Below are positions 10,026 to 20,927 of a stretch of DNA of 64,000 nt, one piece after another. Every line of letters starts with the position of its first letter. The stretch's first letter is position 1. A model generated the notes under the pieces. The model did no database searches. It had not been told where the DNA came from and worked only from the letters and a program-made list of their open reading frames with translations. This stretch comes from Candidatus Marinacidobacterales bacterium (GTDB lineage Bacteria > Acidobacteriota > Vicinamibacteria > Marinacidobacterales > DATDRI01): NCBI GenBank assembly GCA_965219415.1, contig OZ244742.1, forward strand, positions 1,760,001 to 1,824,000, given 5' to 3'. A program made the translations under genes and the position numbers.

Positions 10026-11400
10026 CTAGATTTTACTCCTTGCCTCTTCCACGCGGTCGCGGTCGAGATCGTCGTCGTCCCAGAATTCCACGAACTGCCA
10101 GTAGTAATTGCGCGCCTCATCCATCTCGCCGCGCTCTTCGTGGATCTTCCCGAGAAAGTAGAAGCTTCGAACGTATGGGATAGGCGCAAGGATATGCTCG
10201 GCGGTGCTTTCGGCGATCCGAGTAAACCAAACCGCGGCGTTATCGTCATCGCCGGCCTGCAGATACGCGTCGGCCAGCGAGAACCACACCGGAACGTGGG
10301 GAGGAGCCGCTCCCGGCCCATGAAGTGGGAAGCCCCTTGGCGGAAGCATCGAGCGCGCTCTATCGAGCTCCTCGATCGCCTTCTCCTTATCGCCCCGGGC
10401 AAGAGCGATCTCACCCAGAAGCCATCGATAGCTCCTCTTGTCTCTTTCGCCGGGAATCGACTCCGCCTTGCGGCGAAGCTCCTGGGCCGCGCTTTGCGCC
10501 TCGTCCCACTGCTCCAGCCGGGCATGCGCTAGCGCCATCTGGAACATCGCCTCCAAGGCAACGTAGCCGCCCTCCTCTTCACGCTCCGCTCGCTTCGCCT
10601 CCGCTAGGGCCCGGGTCGGCTCGTTCTTCGCGAGTAGGAGGTCCGAGGAAAAAACCGCGGCGGCGGCCGTCATGCCCCCTGGTTCCGCATAGGCACTCGC
10701 TGCTCGTTTCGCCAACCCGAGCGCGTCACCGGAACGACCTCGGTAGAGTTTGGTGACCGAAAGGTTCATCGAGCGCAACCAATCCGAAAACGGTTCCCCT
10801 TCCGCCGCGATCCTCTCGGCACTTGCTTCCGCCTGCGCCCACTGATCGCGAAGGACGTCGATCTGCCAACGACCATCCTCGAAGGTCCCGTTGTCCTCGG
10901 GGGCAAGGGCTTCGGCTTTCTGGAAGGCGTCGAGCGCTTGGTCCAGCTCTCCGAAACGAAGGAAGTGCAGACCAAGATGGCCATAGCCGTGGCCGTTCGC
11001 CGGGTTCTCGCTAACGAACTCCTGCATAACCTCTAGGCTTTTTTCCTGCTCACCCGTGGCTGAATAGGCCTCTAGCAAATTGCCAAAGCTCCCCAAGAGT
11101 ACGCTGTCGACACCGCCCCGCTCGGCGACTTCCTGAACCACATCGAACGACGTAATGCGCTCGTCCAAGCGATTCATGTCCCTCAAGATTTGATAGAGAC
11201 GGTCGGTGGTCAGGACTTCGATCTCTGGAGACTGTGAGAGGTCGGTGACGAGCATGTCAGTGAGAGCGGTGCGAAGCCAATCGAGCTCCGGCTCGCCAGT
11301 GTTGTTCTCGAAGTAAAGTACGGCGATCGAAGGCTTCGTTGGCGTGTCCGACGCCGCCTCCTTCGTGCTCGGCCGCAAGAGGAACGAAACAGCCGCGGCT
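10026..11400 (-). pseudogene. C-terminal TolB-like/TPR part of a Ser/Thr kinase-TPR protein; kinase domain missing, internal deletion
   Basis: SIAVLYFENNTG..LTDMLVTDLSQ matches the paralogue at 48706; abrupt join VLLGSF|GNLLEAY; TPR tail ending FVEFWDDDD. Confidence 0.7.
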
Positions 11401-11599
11401 AAGCTCCTCTAGGATCTTGTAATGGGAAGTGTGCGACCAATCATGGAACCCTCACCCGGCGTCTGGCCACGTTGACCGTGGCACCGCGCTTTTTTGACGC
11501 CCAAATCTCCCAGAGGGAGAGGGGGCAAAGGAAGAAGAGACCATCATTTGCGAGGCATTCTACGGTGCCCTTCCGGTCCCTTCAAGCACGACGAGAATG

Positions 11600-12964
11600 C
11601 TAGCTCCCTTCTTGGTCCATCCCCTTCTCGGCCCTAGCCAAGCCCTCGAGAACAGAAACTCGGCCAGGGGTGCGAGCCAGAGCCTGAGTGTAGGCATCAT
11701 AGGCCTTGCTGGCTCGGCCGGTAGCGAGTAACAGCTCGCCCAGTAGCTCGTGGGATGGCAGGTCGACGAAGGGCGGTCCAAACATCAAGTGGAATCGATT
11801 CTTCCAGCTCGACCGCCTGACGAGCCAGCTCGATGGCCTCGTCCATCTTGCTTTCGGCGCGGGCGAGCAATGCTTCGATCTCGAGCTCGAACACCTGCGG
11901 CTCGCTTGAGTGCCAGTGGGGCGAAAGCGTTGCCCGTCTTGGGAACAATCTGCTCGAGCTCGGACCTGGCGGCACTTAGATCCTGCAATGCCTTCTCGAG
12001 GCCGTTCTCGTCACCCCGGCCGGCGGCGGCAATAGCTTGTGCGGATTCATAGGTCACCCGCTCGGCCGCCCCGACGTTCGGCGAGTCCATCTCCCATTGA
12101 GCCGCTTCGCCACTCCAGTCGGCGGTATCGACCAGATAACGGGATCTCAATTGAAGGAAGGAATGAAGTGCCGAATTGTCGGGATCGAAGACGGACTCTT
12201 CCGCTCCTGCGGCGGCGGCATCTTTCCGACACTGGTCGAGTATCCTCGTTGCATCGTCGACGCGGCCCTGCTGCAGGTAGCCGTAGAGCAGCCAGAAATT
12301 GTAGTGGCCGCATTCGTATTCGGACTGTCCCCGTGCGGTCCGCTCTTCGTTGGTCACACGAGCAGCATTCTCATTCGCCTTGACCACGTCGTTCCACATC
12401 CCCATCGCGACAAAAATGTGTGAGGTCATATGCTGGGCAATGAGCGGCCGCCGGTGCCACCTCTGCGTAGGTGCGAGCCGCACGCAATCCGAGCGGTGCA
12501 TGGATCGGGTCGTCATAGCAGTGAATCAGATAGTGGAGCACACCGGGATGCCATGGATTGTCGGGATAGACTTCCTCGAGTAGAGCGGCCGAACGCATGT
12601 AGGTCGCGAAGTCACGCCCTTCGTGCGCAGTGCCGAGCAGGGACAATGCGTAAAACGCCGTCACCTCTACATCTCCAGGATAATTTTCATGAAGCTCGGC
12701 CATCGCCTTGGCGTAGGCCCGGTCGCGCTCGCGCTTGTCGCCTTTACCGTAAAGAATCTGGAACGCTTCTATCGCTGAACGGTACTCGAAGTTATGGAGC
12801 AAGGCGATGCCTCGCTGAAAGGGCTCTTGTGCCTCAGGTGCACCCGAGTTCGGAAAGCTCACCGTGCCGACCTCGGACACCGGGTGCGGGGTGTTCGAGC
12901 ACGCGACAGCAACCACCAGACACACGACAGGCCAATAAGGGCTGGCGAACTTTCTCATATCCAT
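11600..12964 (-). pseudogene. TPR lipoprotein, several frameshifts and a probable in-frame deletion
   Basis: Lipobox VAVAC, GIALLHNFEY, HPGVLHYLIHCYDDP, HMTSHIF; split over ORFs 12371-12997, 11785-12516, 11697-11975 and 11600-11788. Confidence 0.75.
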
Positions 12965-13114
12965 TCTGTGCTCCCCGAGAATTGTACGACAAGACAACTG
13001 CGTCCGGACGGAGTCGTTCTGCCGGCGCTAGCGGACCCGGGCGCCATCGGGGACGCCCGGAGGATGGTTGAGCGGGTGGGCGAACCGAACTATCCTTTCA
13101 ATCGGACAAACGCC

Positions 13115-13969
13115 ATGGGCCAGCCAACCGTCACCGTCGTCATCCCCACCTACAACCGGAAGGGCCTCCTTCCCCGCGCGTTGACGTCGGTTGCCCGCCA
13201 AACTCGGCCTCCTGACGAAGTCATCGTGGTCGATGACGGCTCGACCGACGATACCGAGGGCCTCGTGCGCCGGGAGTTCCCCGACGTGCGATACCTCCAG
13301 CAGGAGAATCGAGGCGTCGCGGCGGCCCGGAACCGCGGAATCCGAGAGGCTAAGGGAGAGTGGCTGGCCTTCTTGGACTCCGACGACGAGTGGCTCCCCC
13401 AGAAGCTAACGCGTCAGCTCGATGAGCTTCGCGAGCAGCCCGAATTCTTGCTCTGCCACACGAACGAGATCTGGATACGTCGCGGCAGGCGAGTGAACCC
13501 GATGAAAAAACATGCGAAATCCGGCGGGTACATCTTTGATAAGTGCCTGCCGCTTTGCGTCATCTCTCCCTCGTCGGTTCTTATTCACCGCAGCCTGTTC
13601 GAGCGGGTCGGCCCCTTCGATGAATCCCTCCCCGCTTGTGAAGACTATGACCTCTGGCTTCGCATCACGTCGATACTTCCGGTTCTGTACCTGGAGGAGC
13701 CTCTCATCTTGAAATACGGCGGGCATACCGATCAGCTCTCCCGCCGCCATTGGGGGATGGACCGATTTCGCATCCGCGCCCTGGAGAAGGTGACCGATAC
13801 CGAAGCGCTGTCCCCCGAGAGTCGACGCGCGGCGGTGAGGATGTTGGTCGAGAAAATCGACGTCTATCTAGCGGGCGCGCGGAAGCGCGGCAAAGAGAAT
13901 GATGTCCAGGGCTACGCAAGCAAACGAGACCACTATGCGAGCCTTCTGGACGTCAGCGTGGCCTCATGA
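13115..13969 (+). CDS. Glycosyltransferase family 2
   Basis: VVIPTYNR, VVDDGSTD, AARNRGI, AFLDSDDEW, ACEDYDLWLR. Confidence 0.9.
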   Translation: MGQPTVTVVIPTYNRKGLLPRALTSVARQTRPPDEVIVVDDGSTDDTEGLVRREFPDVRYLQQENRGVAAARNRGIREAKGEWLAFLDSDDEWLPQKLTRQLDELREQPEFLLCHTNEIWIRRGRRVNPMKKHAKSGGYIFDKCLPLCVISPSSVLIHRSLFERVGPFDESLPACEDYDLWLRITSILPVLYLEEPLILKYGGHTDQLSRRHWGMDRFRIRALEKVTDTEALSPESRRAAVRMLVEKIDVYLAGARKRGKENDVQGYASKRDHYASLLDVSVAS

Positions 13970-14781
13970 TTCGGCTCGTAATCGCTCTACCTTCAGAGGC
14001 GAAACCACTCCTTTCTCACTACCAGCTCAAGCCGATCGAGAACTCCCGCGGTTTCAAGGTCTATCAGAAAGACGATATGGCGCTCGTCGTCTCCGGTGTC
14101 GGCAAGTCCGCTGCGGCGGCCGCTACCGCCTACCTCCAGGCCGTGTCCGGTAATGAGCCCGATCGGGCGTGGATAAATATCGGAATGGGCGGACACCGAG
14201 AGCTCGTGTTGGGTGAAGGCATCTTGGCTGAACGAGTCAAGGATCTGGCGAGCGGCCAGACCTGGTATCCGCCTCCGGTTTTGGACCTATCGTCACCGCC
14301 CGCCTCGGTGCTGACAGTCGACAGAGTGGAGGAAGACTTCGAGGGTCCGTGGGTCTTCGAAATGGAAGCGGCGGGATTCTTTGAGTCGGCATATCGCTTC
14401 GCCACTGCCGAGCTGGTGCAGTGCTTCAAGATCATTTCCGATAACCGCAGTGTCCCGCCCCGCTGGATGTCGACGCGACAGGTCGATGAGCTCATAGAGG
14501 CACGACTCACCGAAATCGATGCCGTTGTGTACGCCACCGCTGCCCTGGCCCGTGAAATGGCCGCGCTCACCGAAACGCCACCCGGGCTAGATGCGGTTCT
14601 CGAGCGTTGGCATTTCACCGTGTCGGAACGGCGTCGGCTTCAGAGACTCCTAAGACGCTGGCACGTTCTCGCTCCGGAATCCCGCATCTTCGATGAAGAG
14701 CTCAAGCAGCGACGGACGAGCAAGGAGGTCCTTGGCCACATCCAAACTCGCATCGAAGTGCTTCCGGTGAGCCTCACCTGA
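13966..14781 (+). CDS. Nucleoside phosphorylase/nucleosidase-fold protein with C-terminal extension
   Basis: IALPSEAKP, SGVGK.AAAAAT, WINIGMGG, FEMEAAGF, FKIISDN (MTAN/HpnG/MqnB-like fold). Confidence 0.75.
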   Translation: MIRLVIALPSEAKPLLSHYQLKPIENSRGFKVYQKDDMALVVSGVGKSAAAAATAYLQAVSGNEPDRAWINIGMGGHRELVLGEGILAERVKDLASGQTWYPPPVLDLSSPPASVLTVDRVEEDFEGPWVFEMEAAGFFESAYRFATAELVQCFKIISDNRSVPPRWMSTRQVDELIEARLTEIDAVVYATAALAREMAALTETPPGLDAVLERWHFTVSERRRLQRLLRRWHVLAPESRIFDEELKQRRTSKEVLGHIQTRIEVLPVSLT

Positions 14782-14788
14782 AGAAATC

Positions 14789-15799
14789 GTGATCCAAACG
14801 CTCTACATCGAAGAAGAAGTCTCTGCGCACACGCGCACAAAAGAGATCTGTTCACGCTTTCCGAGCGCGGCTCGCATACCGATCCACCGCTACGGAGAGG
14901 TATTCAACCGCAAGGGACAAAACTTCCGACTGCAGAAGAAGCGGCCCGCTCTGATCTTGGCGAAGAAGTACGGTCATTTCGTGCTTCCCGCTCCTGACGG
15001 CTACGGCGTGGGTGGTCGGCGGAACTTCTACTTCTCACACATGCTGAACTGTATGTACGACTGCCGCTATTGTTTTCTACAAGGCATGTACCGCTCGGCA
15101 CACTACGTGCTGTTCGTAAACTACGAGGAATTCGAAAAGGCAATGGCCGGCACCCTGCAAGAGGCCCCCAACGAAGAGGCGTACTTCTTTTCCGGTTATG
15201 ATTGCGATAGCTTGGCATTGGAGTCCGTCACTCGTTTTTTCGAAAGCTTCTATTCCTTCTTCGCGGAGAACGACCAGGCGTGGCTAGAGCTTCGCACGAA
15301 GAGCGCTCAAATGAAGCCGCTTCTCGCCGCGAAACCGCTGCCCAATGTCATCGTGGCCTTCAGTTTCACGCCGGAATCGACGGGCCGCATCCTGGAGCAC
15401 GGTGTGCCGCCCCTCGCGCAGCGTCTGGACGCCATCAAGGCTCTCGAAGACAAGGGCTGGAACATCGGGCTTCGCTTCGACCCGATGATCTACACCGAGG
15501 ACTATCACGACCAGTACCGGCGCCTCTTCGCCGATGTATTTGGTGAGGTGCGAGCCGATCGCCTCCATTCGGTGAGCCTTGGACCCTTTCGTTTGCCGCG
15601 ACCTTACTTCGAGGATATGTCGCGACTCTACCCGGACGAACGCCTGTTTGCCGGACCACTGGTGACGAGGGGCAGGATGGTATCGTACCGGAAGGATAAA
15701 GAAGAGGAGATGACGAGCTTCTGTACACGGGAGCTTTTGCCCTACATTTCCGAGGAGATCTTCTTCCCCGCGAGGATGATGGAGACCGCTACCGGGTGA
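14789..15799 (+). CDS. Spore photoproduct lyase-like radical SAM protein
   Basis: NCMYDCRYCFLQ (CxxxCxxC), LELRTKS, FSFTP..EHGVP.L..RL.A, GLRFDP. Confidence 0.85.
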   Translation: MIQTLYIEEEVSAHTRTKEICSRFPSAARIPIHRYGEVFNRKGQNFRLQKKRPALILAKKYGHFVLPAPDGYGVGGRRNFYFSHMLNCMYDCRYCFLQGMYRSAHYVLFVNYEEFEKAMAGTLQEAPNEEAYFFSGYDCDSLALESVTRFFESFYSFFAENDQAWLELRTKSAQMKPLLAAKPLPNVIVAFSFTPESTGRILEHGVPPLAQRLDAIKALEDKGWNIGLRFDPMIYTEDYHDQYRRLFADVFGEVRADRLHSVSLGPFRLPRPYFEDMSRLYPDERLFAGPLVTRGRMVSYRKDKEEEMTSFCTRELLPYISEEIFFPARMMETATG

Positions 15800-16518
15800 A
15801 ACAAGGACCGAGGAAGATTTTGGTGACCGGCGCGAGCGCCGGCATCGGCGCCGCGATATGCCGCCGCCTCTTGGCCGACGGTCATCAGGTCGTGGGCGTG
15901 GCGCGAGATTTCAGCAAGTTCGGACCCGCGGTGGACCGATTCCACGCGGCGGAGATCGACCTGTCCGAGCTAGAGCCTCTCCCCGGGCGGCTCAAAGGCT
16001 TGGCGCGCGAGCACGACGACGTCGACGCCGTCGTTTGCAACGCCGGGCGCGGGCAGTTCGGCTCCTTGGAAGAGTTCTCCTACTCACAAATCCGATCGCT
16101 GGTCGACCTCAACTTCACGAGCCAGGCGTATGTAGTGCACACGTTCCTCCCCAAGATGAAAGAACGCGTAGGGGGAGACGTCCTCTTCATCGGTTCCGAG
16201 GCCGCCCTCAGCGGAGGACGAAGGGGAGCCGTCTACTCGGCCAGTAAGTGGGCGCTCCGCGGTTTCGCGCAAACGCTCCGTGATGAATGTGCCCGAAAGG
16301 GCGTGCGGGTCGCAGTCATCAACCCAGGAATGGTGAGAACGACGTTTTTCGATGACCTCCATTTCGCTCCTGGAGACGAAGAGGCGAATGCCCTGCTGCC
16401 CGAGGAGGTCGCCGAGGCCGTCGCGTTCGTGCTCTCTTCGCGACGAGGGGCAGTCTTCGATGAGATCAATCTTTCCCCCCTCAAGAAAGTCCTGAAGTTC
16501 AAAGACGGAAAGGAGTAG
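15796..16518 (+). CDS. Short-chain dehydrogenase/reductase
   Basis: VTGASAGIG, CNAG, catalytic YSASK, INPGMVRT. Confidence 0.9.
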   Translation: MKQGPRKILVTGASAGIGAAICRRLLADGHQVVGVARDFSKFGPAVDRFHAAEIDLSELEPLPGRLKGLAREHDDVDAVVCNAGRGQFGSLEEFSYSQIRSLVDLNFTSQAYVVHTFLPKMKERVGGDVLFIGSEAALSGGRRGAVYSASKWALRGFAQTLRDECARKGVRVAVINPGMVRTTFFDDLHFAPGDEEANALLPEEVAEAVAFVLSSRRGAVFDEINLSPLKKVLKFKDGKE

Positions 16519-16527
16519 CCGCTCGCT

Positions 16528-17136
16528 ATGCGCTACCAATTCCTAATCGACACTTACAAAACCGAAATCGCGAAAGTCCTAAGCACCTGGGCGATGTTCG
16601 ACGACAACGACCAGCACCAACGACCTCACCCATCCGACAAACGGGGTCGCAACTTTCTCGAGCACATGGTTCACCAGAGCATGAGTGAGAACCTTTGGTT
16701 CAAGACCATGCTTGGGATTTCGGTCACCGAAAACCCTCTCCCCCCCGAAGAAACCCGCCTATCGTTCATGAGGCACTACGCCGCGAATGCATCCAAGAGG
16801 TTGGCCGTTCTCGAGCAGAAGGACGAGCCCTGGTGGGAAGAGATGGTGGATTTCTTCGAAGTGAAGCGATCCCGGGCGTGGGTGATGACCAGGCGCATCG
16901 CTCACACCTCCCATCACCGCGGTCAGCAAACCACGCTACTGCGCATGGCCAATCATGACCTCTACAGCAACTACGGCCCGAGTGCCGACACCGGCGGCCT
17001 GATGGCGAACAAGGCACCCGTCATCTACGCTTATCCCGATGTCGAGACGCTCCTCGAAGAAGAGTCGGGCGACCGAAAGAAGAGCCCGCTTCCCGGGCCG
17101 GGAGACAAACCACCCACGGAGCGACCTTTGAGCTGA
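16528..17136 (+). CDS. DinB family protein
   Basis: EHMVHQ..SE..W and RRIAHTSHHRGQ metal-binding histidines. Confidence 0.8.
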   Translation: MRYQFLIDTYKTEIAKVLSTWAMFDDNDQHQRPHPSDKRGRNFLEHMVHQSMSENLWFKTMLGISVTENPLPPEETRLSFMRHYAANASKRLAVLEQKDEPWWEEMVDFFEVKRSRAWVMTRRIAHTSHHRGQQTTLLRMANHDLYSNYGPSADTGGLMANKAPVIYAYPDVETLLEEESGDRKKSPLPGPGDKPPTERPLS

Positions 17137-17141
17137 GGTCA

Positions 17142-17745
17142 ATGCAAGGCCGGCAGCGCGAGCAGATACAAGCGGCGGCGCTAGCATTGCTGACTCTGCT
17201 GTTTCACATACTGACCGCTGAGGGATATGGATATTTTCGCGATGAGCTCTACTACATCGCTTGCTCCGAGCAACTGGCATTCGGCTATGTCGATCACCCG
17301 CCGCTCATCGCTCTCGTAACTTGGCTCACCCGAGCCGTCCTCGGCGACTCCGCTCACGCACTACGATTTTTTCCCGCGATTTGTGCTGCAGGTACGGTCT
17401 ACTTCACAGCAACAATCGCACGCGATCTCGAGGGTGGTCGATTCGCCCAACTGGTCGCCGCCATCGCTGTCGCGTTGGCGCCGGTCTATCTCAGCCTATT
17501 CACCATCTTGTCGATGAACGCCCTGGATATCTTTCTATGGACCTTGGCTCTATGGGTCGTGACCCGCATTCTGAAGTCGGGAGATCTGCGTTGGTGGCTC
17601 GTTTTCGGCATCGTTGCCGGAGTCGGGCTCCAAAACAAACTAAGCTTCCTCTTTCTTGGGTTCGGTGTCGTCGTCGGCCTTCTCGCCTCCCGCGACTGGC
17701 GTCATTTTACTAGTCCATGGCTGTGGCTGGCGGGATTGCTGGCAC
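17142..17745 (+). pseudogene. GT39/ArnT-like membrane glycosyltransferase, truncated by IS256
   Basis: GYFRDELYY..LAFGYVDHPP; multi-TM; the frame runs into transposase sequence after WLWLAGLLA. Confidence 0.8.
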
Positions 17746-18618
17746 TTCCAGCACCGCTGCTCCTCAGCTTCTGGAAATACGTTTCGGGTCGCGGCCCAGA
17801 TGCCGAGATGACCGTCACCGATCACCAAACGGGGACATCTCAGACCGCGCTTCTTCAGTCTCCGTAGCAGCGACGACCATGACGCTTCGGATTCTCGATG
17901 CCCGGCCTCCAGCGTCAGGACGATTTTCGTCCCGTCGGACAGGCCACCAACCGCAACTAGCACCGCCGCCTTGTCCTTCTCAAGGCCGGCCTTCACGTAC
18001 ACGCCATCTACCCACAGGGACACGAGCTCGAGTTCGTCCAGTGGGCGAGCTAGCCACTGCTCGTACTCTCCCTGCCATTTCTGTTTCAGCCGCGACACCG
18101 TGCTGGGAGAAAGTGGAGCGTCCTCCCCTAGAAGCCCGCGGAGCGCCAGATCGAAATCTCCGTGAGCTAGTCCATGCAGGTACAGCTCCGGAATCAACTC
18201 GCTCACCGTTTCGCTCCGACGCTTGAACAGCGGAAGCACTCGACTTTCGAACCTCTCCTCCACGTCCCCTACTCTCGGCCGGCGAACCGTCACCGTGCCC
18301 ACGTTCATCGTCAGCTTCCGAGGCTTACCGTATCCATTTCGATAGCCCGCCGTTGTGTCCACGGGCTTCCGTCTCTCCGATTTCTCACGCCCGAGAAGCT
18401 CCGTGACTTCGGCTACCATCAGCTCCTGCACCCAATCCTGGATCTCGAGCCTCGCCCACTTCTCCAGCGACTCCCAAGCCACCCTTGACGAGCTCCGTCG
18501 TCTTGTGGTCTTTTCCTTCATGGCGGTGTCTCCTTCCGTTGGCCCCTTCAGGCCGTGTTTCGTGACGCGGAAGGTTACTCCGCCTTTACTTTATTTCCAC
18601 ACCTTCTGAGGGTAGCTC
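17746..18618 (-). mobile_element. IS256-family element, 3'-truncated (transposase 17746-18521)
   Basis: YRNGY, LWVDGVY, IGDGHLG, QRCW then abrupt end; a putative terminus lies near 18618. Confidence 0.8.
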
Positions 18619-18978
18619 GTTCGTGCTCCCCCAGTGGTTATGAGTTCGCTCCTTCTCGTGCTTGCCCTTGAGCCCCGCGATCTCCTCGGCGTCCTCTCTG
18701 AGCAGTAGGTGCAGAGCCGTCAGTCTTTGCTCGTACACCCATTCCGTCAGTTCCGCCTTCGTGGCCGCGATCCCAGCTATCATCGGTAGCAGTATCTGAC
18801 CGACTTGGCCAACTACCTTGCCCGTAGGCGAGTGCGTTTGCTTTCTTACTGGCTTCTTTGATTTCCTAGGCATTGGTGGCTCCTTGTCCCCCTCTGGAGA
18901 CGGTTGTTTGGCAGACCTATTCTTAGGCCGGCCAAGGAGCCGCCGCTACCCCAAATTCAACATCCGGCGGGACATCCC
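18619..18978 (-). mobile_element. Second IS256-family element, N-terminal fragment only
   Basis: MPRKSKK..LREDAEEIAGLKGKH..RTHNHWG; IS256-like terminus AAATTCAACATCCGGCGGGACATCCC. Confidence 0.6.
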
Positions 18979-19440
18979 CCGGCGTATTCCCATTCGGCCT
19001 CGGTGGGCAAGCGTTTTCCAGCCCATTGGGCGTAGGCGTTGGCATCGTTCCAGCTCAGGTGCGTCACCGGATGTTTGTTCTTCTCTGCTTGATGCAAATC
19101 ACCCATTTCGTCTAACCTCCAGTTGATCCCCGGTCTCATCACCCAGCCTTCTCCACCCCAGGTATAGCCGCCATCATTTTTCTCGGCATCAGTGACATAG
19201 TTTGTGGCATCCACAAATTTTCTAAATTCTTCTACAGTGACTTCATGGGTATCCATATTAAAACGCATCCCCTTCCACCTCGTGAACCGGTTTCTCCATG
19301 TCCTGACCGTTGGCATCACCCATCATGAACGATCCGCCGGGAATTAAAACCATCCCGGGAGGGGTTTGTGATGCCTGAGAATTGAGAGTGAGGGCCATTG
19401 CCGTGATACCCATCAACGCGACTGAAAACAGTTTCTTCAT
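18979..19440 (-). pseudogene. Formylglycine-generating enzyme (SUMF1) family protein, frameshifted and truncated by IS
   Basis: [19 protein letters not shown]; HEVT..F; [30 protein letters not shown]. Confidence 0.82.
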
Positions 19441-19464
19441 CGTTGTATCTCCTTAATGATTAGG

Positions 19465-19845
19465 GGCGGCGATTCTTGAGCTCTGTCCGGAAAGAGTGGA
19501 AACAACGGGCTCGGTTCACGAACCGTTGTCGCAAAACTATAGCTTGCCAGTCGGCGGTACTGCTCCATCTTGTCTTTGCCGTAGTCCATTTCCGCCATAT
19601 AGAGATTGTGAGGACGACACAAAAGTCTGACATTGTTGGCACTTCGATCGCCGCCGAGCCCGTGGAGGTCGTGGTGATGGAATTGCAGCCCTAGGCGCTC
19701 GGGACATCGTCTACCGTTGCTGCTCTCAAACGTGCACTGAGCCTGATCGCGCGCCCACACGAAACGCCTCACCGGAACGGGGATTCCGCGCGCTCCCGGC
19801 GACGTGTCGGCATCTTTGAGGCTCTTTCTGGTAGTGGTGAGGTTG
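19465..19845 (-). pseudogene. HNH endonuclease C-terminal remnant
   Basis: IPVPVRRFVWARDQAQCTF..GRRC..LQFHH..GG..NVRLLCRPHN. Confidence 0.7.
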
Positions 19846-20099
19846 CGAGTTCCTTGTCCAAAACCATCTGGTACTTCAACGGCTAGCTTCTCTATCTTCA
19901 CAACGGCCCTTGATGGTATTGAAATGCCGCCTCGTACCTGAGCACACTGCTGGTGTGGCACGACGAGCTTATACTCAGGGGTGTCTTTGACGAGCCAGCC
20001 CACCGACTTGACCGTCATATCGGTCGGATCGGTGTCGTCAAGCGCCTCCCATAGGTCGTGGTAAACTGCGTCAACCCACTCGACAAGAACGAGTTGCAC
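19846..20099 (-). CDS. Small phage-type hypothetical protein, fused in frame to the HNH remnant
   Basis: MQLVLVEWVDA..SVGWLV..GGISIPSRAVVKIEKL, a pattern recalled from phage hypothetical proteins. Confidence 0.5.
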
Positions 20100-20250
20100 T
20101 TAACTCTTCTTTTTCTTGCGGTGTTTGCCAGGACTTTGAGAGAGAGCAGCTCCGGCAACGCTCCTTTCGTCCTTAGAGGGCTTCAGGATCTCTGAGAATA
20201 TTGGATGCCTTTTTGGCAACTCGCTTTGAGGTGGTTTTCTTATGCGCCAT
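20100..20250 (-). pseudogene. Small basic protein with a one-base frameshift
   Basis: Repaired manual translation MAHKKTTSKRVAKKASNILRDPEASKDERSVAGAALSQSPGKHRKKKKS*; its stop abuts the next gene's GTG. Confidence 0.5.
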
Positions 20251-20371
20251 TTCGTAAGCGCTCCATTCGGCACATCACCGGCTACACGGCAGCATCCTCA
20301 AAACCATCGGGCCATCTTTCGGACTGTCCATCCAACCACCACTCCCCGACGGGGCTCTGCCGGAACCCTCC

Positions 20372-20834
20372 GATGTTGCCCGCCGATACATTCGCGCCTT
20401 CGATTACCTCGCACCTCGCTCGGCTAAAGTTCCAAGCCCATACGGACAGCACTGGCAGTCAGTATCTTCCGGACAAGACGTACTTCGGAGAGCCGGAAGA
20501 ATTCGCTGGGATATGGCTTCCATCTGCGGACGTATCGAACAATGCAGACAACGTGGCCGCTGTTACGAAAAGGGACCAGGAGTACCTGACGCTCCCAGCC
20601 GGTACGTGGGGTCTGGAAGTTGTGATTGCAGCTAACTACAGTTTTGCGAACGCCATGTTGGGTCTTTTGAAGGTCATGGACAACTCGGACGATATCATAC
20701 TCTATGCTCCGGCGATTACTCAAAGCTCGACAGGGAGCTCCTTGTTAACCTCATCCGACGTGCAGTATGGAGTAATCACTATCAAGGAGCCGCTTGTTGA
20801 GTCCGACGGAACGGCGCAACTGGAACGGTCGTAG
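20372..20834 (+). pseudogene. Fragment of a beta-rich, phage-structural-like protein
   Basis: Coding-like frame YLTLPAGTWGLEVVI..; ends at a junction with an opposite-strand fragment. Confidence 0.35.
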
Positions 20835-20927
20835 AAGTAGAACTCAACGTCATCGTCCCAGTCGGTGTGCAGGTTGTTGACCGCATCATCGAGATCATCA
20901 GACGGGCCGACCCACCACGCCACTTCG

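Noticed and set aside
9566-10525. 319-aa ORF as a single fusion protein
   Set aside because: The N-terminal half is an alternative frame of the TPR gene; only 9566-10024 looks like a real PPOX gene
12794-13114. N-terminal extension of the GT2 ORF
   Set aside because: Overlaps the opposite-strand TPR gene; GT2 homology starts at ATG 13115
19437-20099. 220-aa ORF as a natural phage-HNH fusion
   Set aside because: It lies in a fragment mosaic and is better explained as a chance in-frame deletion join
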